Assembly: GCA_947649355.1 (NCBI GenBank) | Contig: CANSRG010000002.1 | Location: 1 to 61,823, forward strand | Origin: an uncultured Mycoplasmatota bacterium | GTDB taxonomy: Bacteria > Bacillota_I > Bacilli_A > RF39 > UBA660 | Direction: 5' to 3' | DNA length: 61,823 nt | Shown: positions 10,355 to 20,539 of the stretch, piece after piece | Position numbering within the stretch: position 1 is the stretch's first letter | Layout of the letters: every line of letters starts with the position of its first letter | The notes under the pieces: model-generated | What the model was told of the DNA's origin: nothing | Databases searched by the model: none | The model's input: only the letters and a program-made list of their open reading frames with translations | Program-made: the position numbers and the translations under genes

Positions 10355-10786
10355 GTGAATAATAATCGATATTTTGAAGAATGTATTATTGAATCTCATA
10401 AATGTTTAAAATATGCTGATGTTCCAATTGGAGCAATAATCGTTAAAAATGATAAGATAATTGGAAGAGGTTTTAATACTCGTGAAAAAGATAATAATAT
10501 ATTAGGACACGCAGAAATCAATGCGATTTTAGAGGCTTCTAAATCATTAAATAATTGGAATTTATCAGATTGTGATTTGTATGTTAGTTTACAACCATGT
10601 TCCATGTGTAACGAAGTAATTAAGCAATCAAGAATTCGTAATGTTTATTATTTATTAGGAAAATTATCCTTTAAAAAGGAGTATAATAGGACTATTTTTC
10701 ATGAATTTCAAGAAAATGACACTTTTTATATCAAACAAATGTACGCTAAAGAATTATCTGATTTTTTTAAAGAAAAAAGACAATGA
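10355..10786 (+). CDS. tadA: tRNA-specific adenosine deaminase
   Basis: 143 aa with CDA-fold zinc motifs HAEINAI and PCSMCNEVI. GTG start 8 nt after GGAG. Confidence 0.9.
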   Translation: MNNNRYFEECIIESHKCLKYADVPIGAIIVKNDKIIGRGFNTREKDNNILGHAEINAILEASKSLNNWNLSDCDLYVSLQPCSMCNEVIKQSRIRNVYYLLGKLSFKKEYNRTIFHEFQENDTFYIKQMYAKELSDFFKEKRQ

Positions 10787-10835
10787 TTTTAGGGGATTTT
10801 GTGGTATAATTTAAGTACGTAGAGGAGAATTTCAA

Positions 10836-12449
10836 ATGAATTATAAAGTATTATATCGTAAATATAGGCCACAGTTTTTTAAGGATGTTGTGGGGCAGGA
10901 TTATACCATTAAAATGATTCAAAATGCTTTTGTTTCTGATAAAATTTCTCATGCTTATTTATTTACTGGGCCTCGAGGAACAGGAAAGACTTCAACAGCT
11001 AAGATTTTTGCAAAAACGATTAATTGTTTATCACCAGTTCAAGGAGAGGCTTGTGGGGAATGTAGCAATTGTGTTCATTTTTTAGAAAGTCCTGATATTA
11101 TTGAAATTGATGCTGCTTCAAACAATGGAGTGGATGATATTCGTGAACTAATTAACAATGTTAAAATTGCTCCTTCAGAGGGAAAGTATAAAATATATAT
11201 TATAGATGAAGTTCACATGATGACTACTAGTGCATTTAATGCTTTATTATTAACTTTAGAAGAGCCTCCTAAGCATGCTATATTTATCATGGCTACTACA
11301 AATGTAGAAAATGTTCCTATAACGATATTATCGAGGTGTCAGCGTTTTAATTTTCAGAAAATTTCTTTTGAAGATTTAAAAAAACAAATTTCTTTTGTCT
11401 GTAGTCAAGAAAATATATCTATTACAACAGATGCAACGGAAGAAATTGCTTATTTATCTGAAGGTGGGATGCGTGATGCATTAAGTTTGCTAGATCAACT
11501 ATCTTCTAGTGGAGATGAAATTACGATTGAGAAAATTTTAACTAATTATGGTTCTATTTCTTCTAAATTTATAAAGGATATTATTGAAATGATAAATAAT
11601 CAAGATGTTGAAGGTATTACAACAGCCTTTTTGGAATTAGAAAATACCTCTAGTGATTATAAAATTTTTATAAAAAAACTAATTCAAGAATTAACAAATA
11701 TTTGTATTCAAATTAAATTGGGTAACTACGTTGGAAATTTAACTTATAAACAAATTAAAACTATAATATTTGAGTTGAATGATATCATGAACAAAATAAA
11801 TATTCATATCAATCCTTATATTTTAATTAAACTTGTTTTATTAGAAGAAATAACTATTCAAAATACATCTGTTGTAAAAGTTTCAATTCAAGAAGTACCA
11901 AAAGAGTTATCTATAGAAAAACAAGAAGGGGAAAAAGAAGTTGAAGTTTCAAGTGAAAGTGAAAAAGAAATTTTAATTTCTAATGAATATTTTGAAGAAC
12001 GTAAAAAAATAAGAATTAATAATTGTTTTTTTGGAGCTAAAAAAGAATATTTGACTAAGTACCAAAGTCTATGGTCTTCATTAAAGAATGATTTAACTTT
12101 AAAACCAGATTTTTTATCTTTTTTACTAGATTCTTCCTTGGTTGCGGCTTCTGTAGACTATGCAATAATCTCATCTAAATTAGAGAGTACTGCAAATTTA
12201 ATTAACTCGCGTTTAGATGAATTTGAAGAAACTTTAAAGAGTTATTTTAAAACCAAAGTACATTTTATTGCTCTTAGTGAACAACAATGGAATCAAGAAA
12301 AACAAAAATATATTGAAAATTTGAAATCAAACTATAATTATCAGTTAATGGAAGAAAAAAATATTCCTAAAAATGAAGAAAATATTGATACAAAAATGGA
12401 ATCTATGGCGACAAATGTTTTTAATCGTGATAAAATAGAAATTGTTTAA
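10836..12449 (+). CDS. dnaX: DNA polymerase III subunit tau/gamma
   Basis: Clamp-loader AAA+ motifs GPRGTGKTS, IIDEVHMM, SRCQRFNF, and a Cys cluster CGECSNC. Synteny dnaX-ybaB-recR. Confidence 0.95.
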   Translation: MNYKVLYRKYRPQFFKDVVGQDYTIKMIQNAFVSDKISHAYLFTGPRGTGKTSTAKIFAKTINCLSPVQGEACGECSNCVHFLESPDIIEIDAASNNGVDDIRELINNVKIAPSEGKYKIYIIDEVHMMTTSAFNALLLTLEEPPKHAIFIMATTNVENVPITILSRCQRFNFQKISFEDLKKQISFVCSQENISITTDATEEIAYLSEGGMRDALSLLDQLSSSGDEITIEKILTNYGSISSKFIKDIIEMINNQDVEGITTAFLELENTSSDYKIFIKKLIQELTNICIQIKLGNYVGNLTYKQIKTIIFELNDIMNKINIHINPYILIKLVLLEEITIQNTSVVKVSIQEVPKELSIEKQEGEKEVEVSSESEKEILISNEYFEERKKIRINNCFFGAKKEYLTKYQSLWSSLKNDLTLKPDFLSFLLDSSLVAASVDYAIISSKLESTANLINSRLDEFEETLKSYFKTKVHFIALSEQQWNQEKQKYIENLKSNYNYQLMEEKNIPKNEENIDTKMESMATNVFNRDKIEIV

Positions 12450-12466
12450 GAAAGGAATGAATACTT

Positions 12467-12763
12467 ATGAATATGCAAAGTATAATGATGCAAGCACAAA
12501 AAATGCAAAAAGATTTACAAAAAAAGAAAGAAGAAATAAATGTAAAATTATTTCCCGGGAAATATCAATTTGTGGAAGTTACTTTGAATGGTAAAAAAGA
12601 GATGGTACGTTGTAAAATTGATAAAGAAAGTTTGACTCAAGAAGATATTGAAATGTTAGAAGATTTCTTAGTATTAGCGGTGAAAGATGCAATAGAAAAA
12701 ATTGATAAAGAATTTCAAAGTAAAATGGGGCAATATGCTGGAATGCTTGATGGTTTGATGTAA
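12467..12763 (+). CDS. ybaB: YbaB/EbfC-family nucleoid-associated protein
   Basis: 98 aa with an N-terminal MQ.AQKMQ..LQK motif. Invariant position between dnaX and recR. Confidence 0.9.
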   Translation: MNMQSIMMQAQKMQKDLQKKKEEINVKLFPGKYQFVEVTLNGKKEMVRCKIDKESLTQEDIEMLEDFLVLAVKDAIEKIDKEFQSKMGQYAGMLDGLM

Positions 12764-12764
12764 T

Positions 12765-13385
12765 ATGATAACCACATATCCAGAAAAGTTAGAGCAACTT
12801 ATTGAATTTTATAAAAAACTTCCTGGTGTCGGAGAAAAAAGTGCTGAGAGAATGGCCTTAGCGACTCTTTTAATTCCATTAGAAGAAATTGAAATGGCTA
12901 GTAAAGTTTTAGTAGAGGCAAAAAAAGAGTTACATCCTTGTCCTAATTGTGGGAATTTAACAGATTTAGATATTTGTAATATTTGTAGTGATGAAGATCG
13001 TGATCAAAATACAATTTGTGTAATAGAAGATTTTAAGAGTGTATTTGCTTTTGAGAAAAGTAGAAAATATCGTGGTGTTTATCATGTATTAAATGGTTTA
13101 ATTTCTCCTATGGATGATATTGGTGCTGAAGATATAAATTTATCTTCATTAGTAAAAAGAGTTCAAAGTTTAGATAATCCAGAACTTATCTTAGCTTTAA
13201 AAGGAACTATTGAAGGTGAGACAACAACCTTATATATAAAAAAGATTTTTGAAGAAAAAAATGTTATTATTTCGCGATTATCTTATGGGTTACCTATTGG
13301 TGCTGAAATTGACTATTTAGATATGATAACTATAGATAAAGCTTTAAGTGATCGGAAGAAGATTTTTGATGGTAAAGAATCATAA
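12765..13385 (+). CDS. recR: recombination protein RecR
   Basis: HhH N-terminus (LPGVGEKSAERMA), C4 zinc finger CPNCGNLTDLDICNIC, Toprim-like core. Confidence 0.95.
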   Translation: MITTYPEKLEQLIEFYKKLPGVGEKSAERMALATLLIPLEEIEMASKVLVEAKKELHPCPNCGNLTDLDICNICSDEDRDQNTICVIEDFKSVFAFEKSRKYRGVYHVLNGLISPMDDIGAEDINLSSLVKRVQSLDNPELILALKGTIEGETTTLYIKKIFEEKNVIISRLSYGLPIGAEIDYLDMITIDKALSDRKKIFDGKES

Positions 13386-13425
13386 TTTTTAAAATATTAT
13401 CATATTCTTTCTTAGAGGAATGTCT

Positions 13426-13614
13426 ATGATAAAGAAAATTACTGCAGTTTTACGTAAGATTTTACTTGCGTTTTTATTGTTATATGGTTTGAATTATTTT
13501 ATTTCTTCCTTACATATTTATATTCCTATCAATATTTTTACTGTAGGAATTGTAAGTATCCTTGGTATTCCTGGTCTTTTTTCTTTGATTATTTTATTTT
13601 TTATAGTAAAATAA
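13426..13614 (+). CDS. bofA: BofA-family pro-sigma-K processing inhibitor
   Basis: Small two-TM protein. HIYIPINIFTVGIVSILGIPGLFSLIIL matches the B. subtilis BofA motif GIHIPINLVTTAISGFLGIPGIAALVVI. Same neighbourhood (after recR) as in Bacillus. ATG 13426 has better RBS spacing than 13420. Confidence 0.8.
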   Translation: MIKKITAVLRKILLAFLLLYGLNYFISSLHIYIPINIFTVGIVSILGIPGLFSLIILFFIVK

Positions 13615-13630
13615 GATTAGGTGAAGTGAT

Positions 13631-14467
13631 ATGCAGGAAAGTGGTGGAATGCAAGAATTAAAAAAGCAATATCATGAGAATAGATTGTCTCATGCTTTTT
13701 TGATTGAAACAAATAATCAAGAATTGTGTTTAAAAAATTTGTTAGATTTTTTATCTTACATCAATAAAACTGGAAATGAAGCAGAAAATGAAAAATTAAA
13801 TTCGCTAATTTTGAATGATAGTATACCTAGTTTAAAAATAATAAGGCCTGATGGTCAAAATATAAAAAAAGAACAAATTTTAGAATTGAAGCATTTTTTT
13901 CAAACAAAGCCAACTTTCTCGCGATATAATATGTATATCCTATTAAATTCAGAGTCTTTAAATTCTTCTAGTGCAAATACGATGCTTAAATTTTTAGAGG
14001 AACCCGAGGATAATATTTTAGGTTTTTTTATTACAAATAATAGAGAAAATATTATTCATACTATTAAAAGTCGTTGTCAAATACTAATAGATTATTATGA
14101 AGAATCTTCTAAATCTATAATACCTATGGTTTGGCAAACTTTGGCAGTAAATTATGTGAAAGAATATGAAACTATTCATGATGAAACCTTATTATATAAT
14201 AAAGACGTGATTTTACCACTTTTACATGATAAAAAGGAATGTTTCTATTTTTTTGAAAGTATTTTTCAAATATATCAAGCTTTTTTTCAATGTAAAATTT
14301 TTTCTAAGTCTTTATCTTCTCAGTATGAATCGTTAAATTTTTTAATGAAAAAGGATGCTAAATACTTTTTTTTGCAAATGAATTATTTAGCAAAGTTATT
14401 AGATGATATGAATTATAATTTGAATACTACATTGCTTTTAGATCGTTTTGTTTTAGAGAGTAGGTGA
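13631..14467 (+). CDS. holB: DNA polymerase III subunit delta'
   Basis: 278 aa. Degenerate clamp-loader fold with SHAFLIE in the P-loop position and sensor motif SRCQ. Precedes yaaT as in Bacillus. Confidence 0.85.
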   Translation: MQESGGMQELKKQYHENRLSHAFLIETNNQELCLKNLLDFLSYINKTGNEAENEKLNSLILNDSIPSLKIIRPDGQNIKKEQILELKHFFQTKPTFSRYNMYILLNSESLNSSSANTMLKFLEEPEDNILGFFITNNRENIIHTIKSRCQILIDYYEESSKSIIPMVWQTLAVNYVKEYETIHDETLLYNKDVILPLLHDKKECFYFFESIFQIYQAFFQCKIFSKSLSSQYESLNFLMKKDAKYFFLQMNYLAKLLDDMNYNLNTTLLLDRFVLESR

Positions 14468-14471
14468 AAAA

Positions 14472-15254
14472 ATGAATGTTTATGAAGTTGTTTTTAAAGA
14501 AAAAGGTAAATCTTATCATTTTATTAGTCAAAACTCACAAATTGCAAATCGTGTGACTGTAATTGTTGATACTGAAAGAGGATTACAATTTGGTCGCGTG
14601 GTAAAAAAGGTTTTAAGACCAAAAATACATGAGAATATGAGAGAAATTATTCGAATTTCTACAAAAAAAGATTATGAACAATATTTAAAAAATTTGAAAG
14701 ATGCAGAAGATGCTTTAGAAAAGGCTCGTAAGTGTAGTCAAGAGCTTAAGTTGCCTATGCGTTTTATTGATGCTAGTTTTACTTTTGATCGAAAGCAGTT
14801 ACTATTTAATTTTTATGCTGATGAAAGAATTGATTTTCGAGAACTTGCTAAAAAGCTTGCAACAATTTATAAAACTCGAATTGAACTTCGTCAAATTGGA
14901 GCTCGTGATAAAGCAGAACAAATTGGTGGTATAGGGATATGTGGTAGAAAACTTTGTTGTTCTAGTTGTTTGAAAAAATTGGAGTCTGTTTCTATGAATA
15001 TGGCTAAAAATCAAAATTTGGCATTAAATCCTTCCAAAATCAATGGTGCTTGTGGTAGGTTGTTATGTTGTCTTACTTATGAAGATGCTTTATATACCAA
15101 GTGTTCTGTTGGATTACCTACAGTTGGTTCTATTGTTTCTACAGAATATGGAGAAGGACAAGTTGTAAGTTTGGATATTTTAAATCGTAAATATAAAGTA
15201 AATATAAATAATGAAATAAAGGAAATAGTTTTACAAGATGAAGAAGTCTCTTAA
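14472..15254 (+). CDS. ricT: PSP1-domain protein YaaT/RicT (stage 0 sporulation / RNase Y maturation complex)
   Basis: 260 aa. PSP1 C-terminal domain with the typical Cys clusters (GICGRKLCCSSCL, GACGRLLCCLTYE). Synteny after holB. Confidence 0.88.
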   Translation: MNVYEVVFKEKGKSYHFISQNSQIANRVTVIVDTERGLQFGRVVKKVLRPKIHENMREIIRISTKKDYEQYLKNLKDAEDALEKARKCSQELKLPMRFIDASFTFDRKQLLFNFYADERIDFRELAKKLATIYKTRIELRQIGARDKAEQIGGIGICGRKLCCSSCLKKLESVSMNMAKNQNLALNPSKINGACGRLLCCLTYEDALYTKCSVGLPTVGSIVSTEYGEGQVVSLDILNRKYKVNINNEIKEIVLQDEEVS

Positions 15255-15948
15255 TTGGTTGTTTGATTATCCAAATTTACAAGTTTATCAGTATGAAGAA
15301 GCTTTTAAATTTTCTTTAGATTCTATTTTATTGGCAGAATTTGCTGATATTAAAAAAAATGATGAAAATATATTAGATATGTGTACTGGTAATGGTGTTA
15401 TTCCTATTCTTTTAAATTATAAGTATCAAAAAAAAGTATTTGGAATTGAAGTACAAGAAGAAATTATAGAACTTGCTCGTGATTCTATTTTGTTTAATAA
15501 TATGTCAAATGCGATTACTTTGATTCAAGATAATGTGGCTAATTTAAAAAATTATTTCCCGGGAAATAATTTTGATGTTATTTTATGCAATCCACCTTAT
15601 TTTAAATATCAAAATGATTCGCATGTGAATGAAAATATTTTAAAAAGAATCGCGCGACATGAAATTTTGATTACTTTAGAAGAAATTTTTCAAGTTGCTA
15701 GTTATTTATTGAAAGACAAAGGGAAATTTTATTTAGTTCATGTTCCTGATCGGATAGATGAAATTTTTGTTTATGCATTTTTAAATGGAATGGCTGTAAA
15801 AGAAGTTCAATTTATTCATTCTAAATTAGAAGAAAAACCAATTATTTTGTTAGTTACTTTAGTGAAGAGTGGAAAATTTGGTACTAAAATTTATTCGCCG
15901 ATATGTATTCAAAATTTAAAAACTTACCAAAATATATTTAGAAAGTGA
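15238..15948 (+). CDS. SAM-dependent N6-adenine methyltransferase (YabB / tRNA m6A37 TrmN6-like)
   Basis: 236 aa. SAM-binding ILDMCTGNG and catalytic NPPY (LCNPPYF). Occupies the yabB position after yaaT. Confidence 0.8.
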   Translation: MKKSLNWLFDYPNLQVYQYEEAFKFSLDSILLAEFADIKKNDENILDMCTGNGVIPILLNYKYQKKVFGIEVQEEIIELARDSILFNNMSNAITLIQDNVANLKNYFPGNNFDVILCNPPYFKYQNDSHVNENILKRIARHEILITLEEIFQVASYLLKDKGKFYLVHVPDRIDEIFVYAFLNGMAVKEVQFIHSKLEEKPIILLVTLVKSGKFGTKIYSPICIQNLKTYQNIFRK

Positions 15949-15955
15949 TGATTGT

Positions 15956-16522
15956 ATGAAATTAGTGGTTGGATTAGGAAATCCTGGTAAAGAATATGAA
16001 AATACAAGGCATAATGTTGGTTTTATGGTTCTTGATTCTTTTGTAACTGGTTTTTCTTTAGAAAAAAAGTTTGAAGCAATGATTAAAAAAGAAAAGATTG
16101 GTATGGAAGATGTTTTATTTGTAAAACCATTAACCTATATGAACTTAAGTGGTAATTCTGTTAGAAAAGTTATGGATTATTATCATATTATGGTAACGGA
16201 TATTTTGGTTATTCAAGATGATTTGGATTTAAAATTTGGATATTTTAAATTGAAAGAGAAAAGTTCTTCTGGGGGGCATAATGGAATAAAGTCTATTATT
16301 TCTTCTTTAAATTCTCAAGATTTTTGTCGTTTAAAAATTGGTATTAGTCATGAAAAAAGTATTTCTACGATAGATTATGTTTTACAAAAATTTTCAAAAT
16401 CAGAAATGGATTATTTTAAAAATCATATGTTAGAATTTCAAAATATTATTCTTTCTTTTATTCAGGATGGTTCATCAATAACAATGAGAAAATATAATAG
16501 AAAAGGAGAGTCACATGAATAA
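15956..16522 (+). CDS. pth: peptidyl-tRNA hydrolase
   Basis: GLGNPGKEY..TRHNVGF N-terminal signature and GGHNGIKS motif. Confidence 0.95.
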   Translation: MKLVVGLGNPGKEYENTRHNVGFMVLDSFVTGFSLEKKFEAMIKKEKIGMEDVLFVKPLTYMNLSGNSVRKVMDYYHIMVTDILVIQDDLDLKFGYFKLKEKSSSGGHNGIKSIISSLNSQDFCRLKIGISHEKSISTIDYVLQKFSKSEMDYFKNHMLEFQNIILSFIQDGSSITMRKYNRKGESHE

Positions 16523-19500
16523 ATTTGAAGATTTTTCTTTTTTAGATGGAACGATTATAGAGGGATTAACTAATGAATTATCTGTTTTTTATATTCTTAA
16601 TTGTCTAGAACATTTAAAGCATTCTATTGTTGTTGTGACAGCTAATTTGTACGAAGCTAATAAACTACATCGTTCTTTAGAAACTTATACAGACAATGCT
16701 TTTTTATTTCCAATGGATGATTTTTTTACTTCTGTTGCCTTAGCAGTTTCTCCTGAATTTAAGTTAAAACGATTAGAAACTTTAGAAAAAATAGGAGATA
16801 AGCCTTCTATAATCGTTACTAATTTAATGGGATATTTAAAATTTCTTCCTCAAAAAAGTGTTCATGAAAATTTAAAAATAGAACTTAAATGTGGTATAAA
16901 AATTTCTAGAGATAAATTGGTAGAAACATTAGAAAATTTAGGATATCATCGGGATTCTATGGTTACTTCTACGGGAGAATATGCGGTTCGAGGTTTTGTC
17001 CTTGATGTTTTTTTAGTTCAACAAAATAATCCAATTCGTATTGAATTTTTTGGAGATGAAATAGAGTCTATTCGGTATTTTGATGAAGAAACTCAAAGAA
17101 CAACAGAACAAGTATCCTCTATAATTTGTCAGCCTATTGATGAAGTTGTTACTGATTTAAATAGTAGTTTGTTAGATTATTTAAAAGTTAGCACGACTAT
17201 TTTTTTAGAATATCCTCAAATAGAAGTGGGTTATACTAAATTAGTAGAAGAGTCGTTATTATTTAATGAGGAACAACAAACTTTAAATAAAAAACATTTT
17301 TGGTATTTAGAAGATTTTCATCCTTCTTCAACTATTTATTTAAATTCTATTACAAATACTCTTCAAAAAGATAATGTTTTTCGGTTTCATACAAGTGAAA
17401 TTGAAAATTTTAATGGAAATTTTGAAAAATTAAAAGATGTTGTTTTGGGATATATTTTTCATAAAAAAACAGTTTTATTTGTGTTACCAAATATGAATCA
17501 AATAAAGGAAATAAAAGATTTGTTTGATGGAAATGTAGTGTTATTAAAGAATAAAGAGTTACATTTAGGTGAAATCAATTTATATCAAGGAAATTTAAAT
17601 AAAGGTTTTATATGGGATAATCTTGTAGTTTTTTCGTTGTATGATTTAGAAGAGATTAAAACTGAAATAAAATATAAAAATAATTTGCATATTGGTAAGA
17701 AGGTACAAAATCTTGATGCACTACAAACTGGAGATTATGTTGTGCATCGAACTCATGGTATTGGTGTTTATTATGGAGTTGTAACATTAGAGACAAATGG
17801 AATTAAAAAAGATTATGTTCAAATCTCTTATTTAGGAAATGATAAGGTGTATATTCCTGTTGAAAAGATTTCTACGATTTATAAATATAGTGATAAAGAC
17901 GGATTAAAACCTCAAGTCAATAAATTAGGGTCTACGAATTGGATTAAAAAAAAGCAATCTATTCAAAAGAAAATTCGTGATATATCAAAAGAGTTGATTC
18001 AGCTATATGCTAAACGAAAAAGTATAGAGGGAGAAGCTTTTAAAGATTATCCTGAAGAAGATGTTTTCGCTGAAGAATTTCTTTATGAAGCTACAAAAGA
18101 CCAAAAAAGAGCAATAGAAGATATATTAAAAGATTTAGATTCTAAAGTTCCTATGGATCGTCTTTTGTGTGGAGATGTTGGTTTTGGAAAGACAGAAGTT
18201 GCTTTTCGCGCAATGTTTAAAACTGTATGTAATAATAAACAAGTATTATATTTATGTCCGACTACTATTTTATCTAAACAACAATATGAATCTGCTATAG
18301 AACGTTTTAAAAGTTATCCTTTGGAAATTCGTTTGTTTAATCGCTTTACATCTTTAAAAGAGGCAAAAGAAATCGTGGAAGGTTTAAAAAGTGGAAAAAT
18401 AGATATTGTTATTGGAACTCATCGTTTACTAAATGATGCAGTTATACCTAAGAAATTGGGATTGCTTGTTATTGACGAAGAGCAAAGATTTGGAGTTACT
18501 CATAAAGAAAAAATTAAAAACTTAAAATCTGATGTTAATGTTTTAACTCTTTCTGCAACTCCTATTCCAAGAACACTTAAAATGAGTTTGTCTGGTCTTC
18601 GTGACTTATCTATTATTGATACACCGCCTGTTAATCGTTATCCTATTCAAACCTATGTAGTTCAAGATAGTGATTTGCTTGTAAAAGATGCGATTTATAA
18701 GGAGCTTTCAAGAAATGGTCAAATTTTTGTTTTATATAATTGGGTTGAAACGATTGAAGAGAGAATGTATCAATTGCAAAAATTAGTTCCAGAAGCAAGA
18801 ATTAAGTATGCACATGGACAAATGAATAAAAAAGAGTTAGATGATATTATGAGTTCTTTTATTGCTCACGATTTTGATATTTTAGTGAGTACTACCATTA
18901 TTGAAACTGGTATTGATATTCCAAATGCTAATACTTTGATTATTTATGATGCTGATCGTTTTGGTCTTAGTCAGCTTTATCAGTTACGAGGAAGAGTTGG
19001 ACGTAGTAATAAGATTGCTTATGCATATCTTTTATATAATAAAACGAAAATGCTAAATGATATTGCAGTAAAAAGGCTTCAAGCTATTCGAGATTTTACT
19101 GAACTTGGAAGTGGTTATAAAATCGCTATGCGTGATTTATCTATTCGTGGAGCAGGAGACATACTTGGAAGTGAACAGGCTGGGTTTGTCGATACTGTTG
19201 GAATTAGTCTATACATGAAAATGGTGGAAGAGGAAATGAAACGTCTTCGTGGCGAATTTGTAGAAGATGAAGAGCAAAACGATACTCTAATTAGTGTAGA
19301 AACACATATTGAAGACAGTTATGTATCCGATGAATCCGTAAAAATTGAAATTCATAAAATGATTAACGAAATTGATTCTTATGAGAAATTAGAAGAAGTT
19401 AAAAGTGCTTTAATTGACCGTTTTGGTAACATTACTTCTAATATGGAAATATATATGTATGAAGAATGGTTTGAAAAATTGGCAGAAGAATTAAAGGTAC

Positions 19501-19733
19501 GTAGTGTGAAACAAGATACAAAAATGATTCAAATTTATTTACCTGAAGAGGTTTCTTCACGTATCAAAGGAGACAAATTATTTTTAGAAGCATATAGTGT
19601 TCATCCAAAATTTCAATTAAAGTATGAGCGAAAAGAAATAGTTATTTGTTTACCTCTTATGAAGTTAGAAAAACATTTTATTTATTATGTTGTTTCTTTG
19701 TTACAAAAAATTCGTGATGATTTAGAAGTATAA
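16515..19733 (+). CDS. mfd: transcription-repair coupling factor
   Basis: 1072 aa. CarD/RNAP-interaction domain (GDYVVHRTHGIGVY), SF2 helicase motifs GDVGFGKTE and DEEQRFGV, TRG motif region. pth-mfd-spoVT synteny. Confidence 0.96.
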   Translation: MNKFEDFSFLDGTIIEGLTNELSVFYILNCLEHLKHSIVVVTANLYEANKLHRSLETYTDNAFLFPMDDFFTSVALAVSPEFKLKRLETLEKIGDKPSIIVTNLMGYLKFLPQKSVHENLKIELKCGIKISRDKLVETLENLGYHRDSMVTSTGEYAVRGFVLDVFLVQQNNPIRIEFFGDEIESIRYFDEETQRTTEQVSSIICQPIDEVVTDLNSSLLDYLKVSTTIFLEYPQIEVGYTKLVEESLLFNEEQQTLNKKHFWYLEDFHPSSTIYLNSITNTLQKDNVFRFHTSEIENFNGNFEKLKDVVLGYIFHKKTVLFVLPNMNQIKEIKDLFDGNVVLLKNKELHLGEINLYQGNLNKGFIWDNLVVFSLYDLEEIKTEIKYKNNLHIGKKVQNLDALQTGDYVVHRTHGIGVYYGVVTLETNGIKKDYVQISYLGNDKVYIPVEKISTIYKYSDKDGLKPQVNKLGSTNWIKKKQSIQKKIRDISKELIQLYAKRKSIEGEAFKDYPEEDVFAEEFLYEATKDQKRAIEDILKDLDSKVPMDRLLCGDVGFGKTEVAFRAMFKTVCNNKQVLYLCPTTILSKQQYESAIERFKSYPLEIRLFNRFTSLKEAKEIVEGLKSGKIDIVIGTHRLLNDAVIPKKLGLLVIDEEQRFGVTHKEKIKNLKSDVNVLTLSATPIPRTLKMSLSGLRDLSIIDTPPVNRYPIQTYVVQDSDLLVKDAIYKELSRNGQIFVLYNWVETIEERMYQLQKLVPEARIKYAHGQMNKKELDDIMSSFIAHDFDILVSTTIIETGIDIPNANTLIIYDADRFGLSQLYQLRGRVGRSNKIAYAYLLYNKTKMLNDIAVKRLQAIRDFTELGSGYKIAMRDLSIRGAGDILGSEQAGFVDTVGISLYMKMVEEEMKRLRGEFVEDEEQNDTLISVETHIEDSYVSDESVKIEIHKMINEIDSYEKLEEVKSALIDRFGNITSNMEIYMYEEWFEKLAEELKVRSVKQDTKMIQIYLPEEVSSRIKGDKLFLEAYSVHPKFQLKYERKEIVICLPLMKLEKHFIYYVVSLLQKIRDDLEV

Positions 19734-19781
19734 AAAAGTAAGATTTTCTCCAAACTAGAAAAGAGAATGGAGTGAATTGTT

Positions 19782-20297
19782 TTGAAAGAAACTGGTATTA
19801 TACGAAAAATTGATGAATTAGGAAGAATTGTTTTACCTAAAGAGATTAGAAGAACTTTAGGAATTAAAGATGGCGAAGATTTAGAAATATTTGTAGATAA
19901 AGAAGGAATTTATTTACAAAAACATTCGCGATTGTTACCATATGATGAACTTGTAAAAAAATTATGTGAGTTTACTTTAGAAGAGATGAAATTAGATTTG
20001 TTTATTACAGATCGTGAAAAGGTAATTACTAGTAGTATTTTAGAATTTTCTAAACATACATTAGGTTATAGATTAGCAAAGTGTTTAGAAGAAAGAGAAA
20101 CTTATGAGTCTAGTAAGATGGAAAATATATTTGAGGATACATCTAAACAAGGTTATTTTCTTGTGATTCCCATTATTGTATTATCTGATGCTGTTGGTCT
20201 TTTAGTATTATATAATGATCAACCATTTCTCTCTTATATGAGGAATTTTGCTAATTTTTTAGTTAAAATTATTGTAAATAAAATTGACATTTTGTAA
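19782..20297 (+). CDS. spoVT: stage V sporulation regulator SpoVT (AbrB family)
   Basis: TTG start 7 nt after GGAGTG. N-terminal swapped-hairpin GIIRKIDELGRIVLPKEIRRTLGI plus a ~120-aa GAF-like C-domain. Follows mfd as in Bacillus. Confidence 0.88.
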   Translation: MKETGIIRKIDELGRIVLPKEIRRTLGIKDGEDLEIFVDKEGIYLQKHSRLLPYDELVKKLCEFTLEEMKLDLFITDREKVITSSILEFSKHTLGYRLAKCLEERETYESSKMENIFEDTSKQGYFLVIPIIVLSDAVGLLVLYNDQPFLSYMRNFANFLVKIIVNKIDIL

Positions 20298-20311
20298 GTT
20301 TGTGTTAGAAT
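20284..20311 (+). promoter_or_regulatory. sigma-A promoter for the metG leader
   Basis: TTGACA (20284-20289), 16-nt spacer, TAGAAT (20306-20311) with an upstream TGt extended -10. Embedded in the 3' end of spoVT. Confidence 0.6.
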
Positions 20312-20317
20312 TATGGT

Positions 20318-20522
20318 AATCAAGCGATGAAAGAAAAGAGTATATAAATTATCTTTTTAAAGAGAGTCTATGTGGGTGAAAGTAGATAAGAGGTATTTAT
20401 AGAAGATGGTTTCTAGAGTTTGAACGGAAATTCCCGTTATTGAATTGAAAGTGCATGTTAAGTCATGAATAAAGGTGGTACCACGCGAATTTGCGTCCTT
20501 TTGTTCATGACTTTTTATTTTT
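20318..20522 (+). promoter_or_regulatory. T-box riboswitch leader, Met specifier
   Basis: Stem I GA/K-turn AGCGATGA, AGAGAG box and distal GGTGAAAG. AUG specifier at 20406-20408. T-box sequence AATAAAGGTGGTACCACGCG at 20467-20486 (UGGU would pair with ACCA). Terminator arms AGTCATGAA / TTCATGACT followed by a T-run ending ~20522. Confidence 0.85.
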
Positions 20523-20539
20523 TAGAAAGAAGGTTAATC

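Noticed and set aside
12039-12058. A6G run in dnaX (GCT AAA AAA GAA) at ~75% of the gene. A -1 slip there would reach a TAA after 4 codons, giving a gamma-like short product as in E. coli.
   Set aside because: It is not a canonical X XXY YYZ heptamer in the zero frame. I saw no obvious upstream SD-like element or downstream hairpin. A-runs are ubiquitous in this genome, so the match is not distinguishable from chance without experiments.
20465-20539. N-terminal 25-codon extension of metG in the ORF track.
   Set aside because: It lies inside the T-box antiterminator/terminator structure. ATG 20540 gives the conserved MetRS N-terminus.
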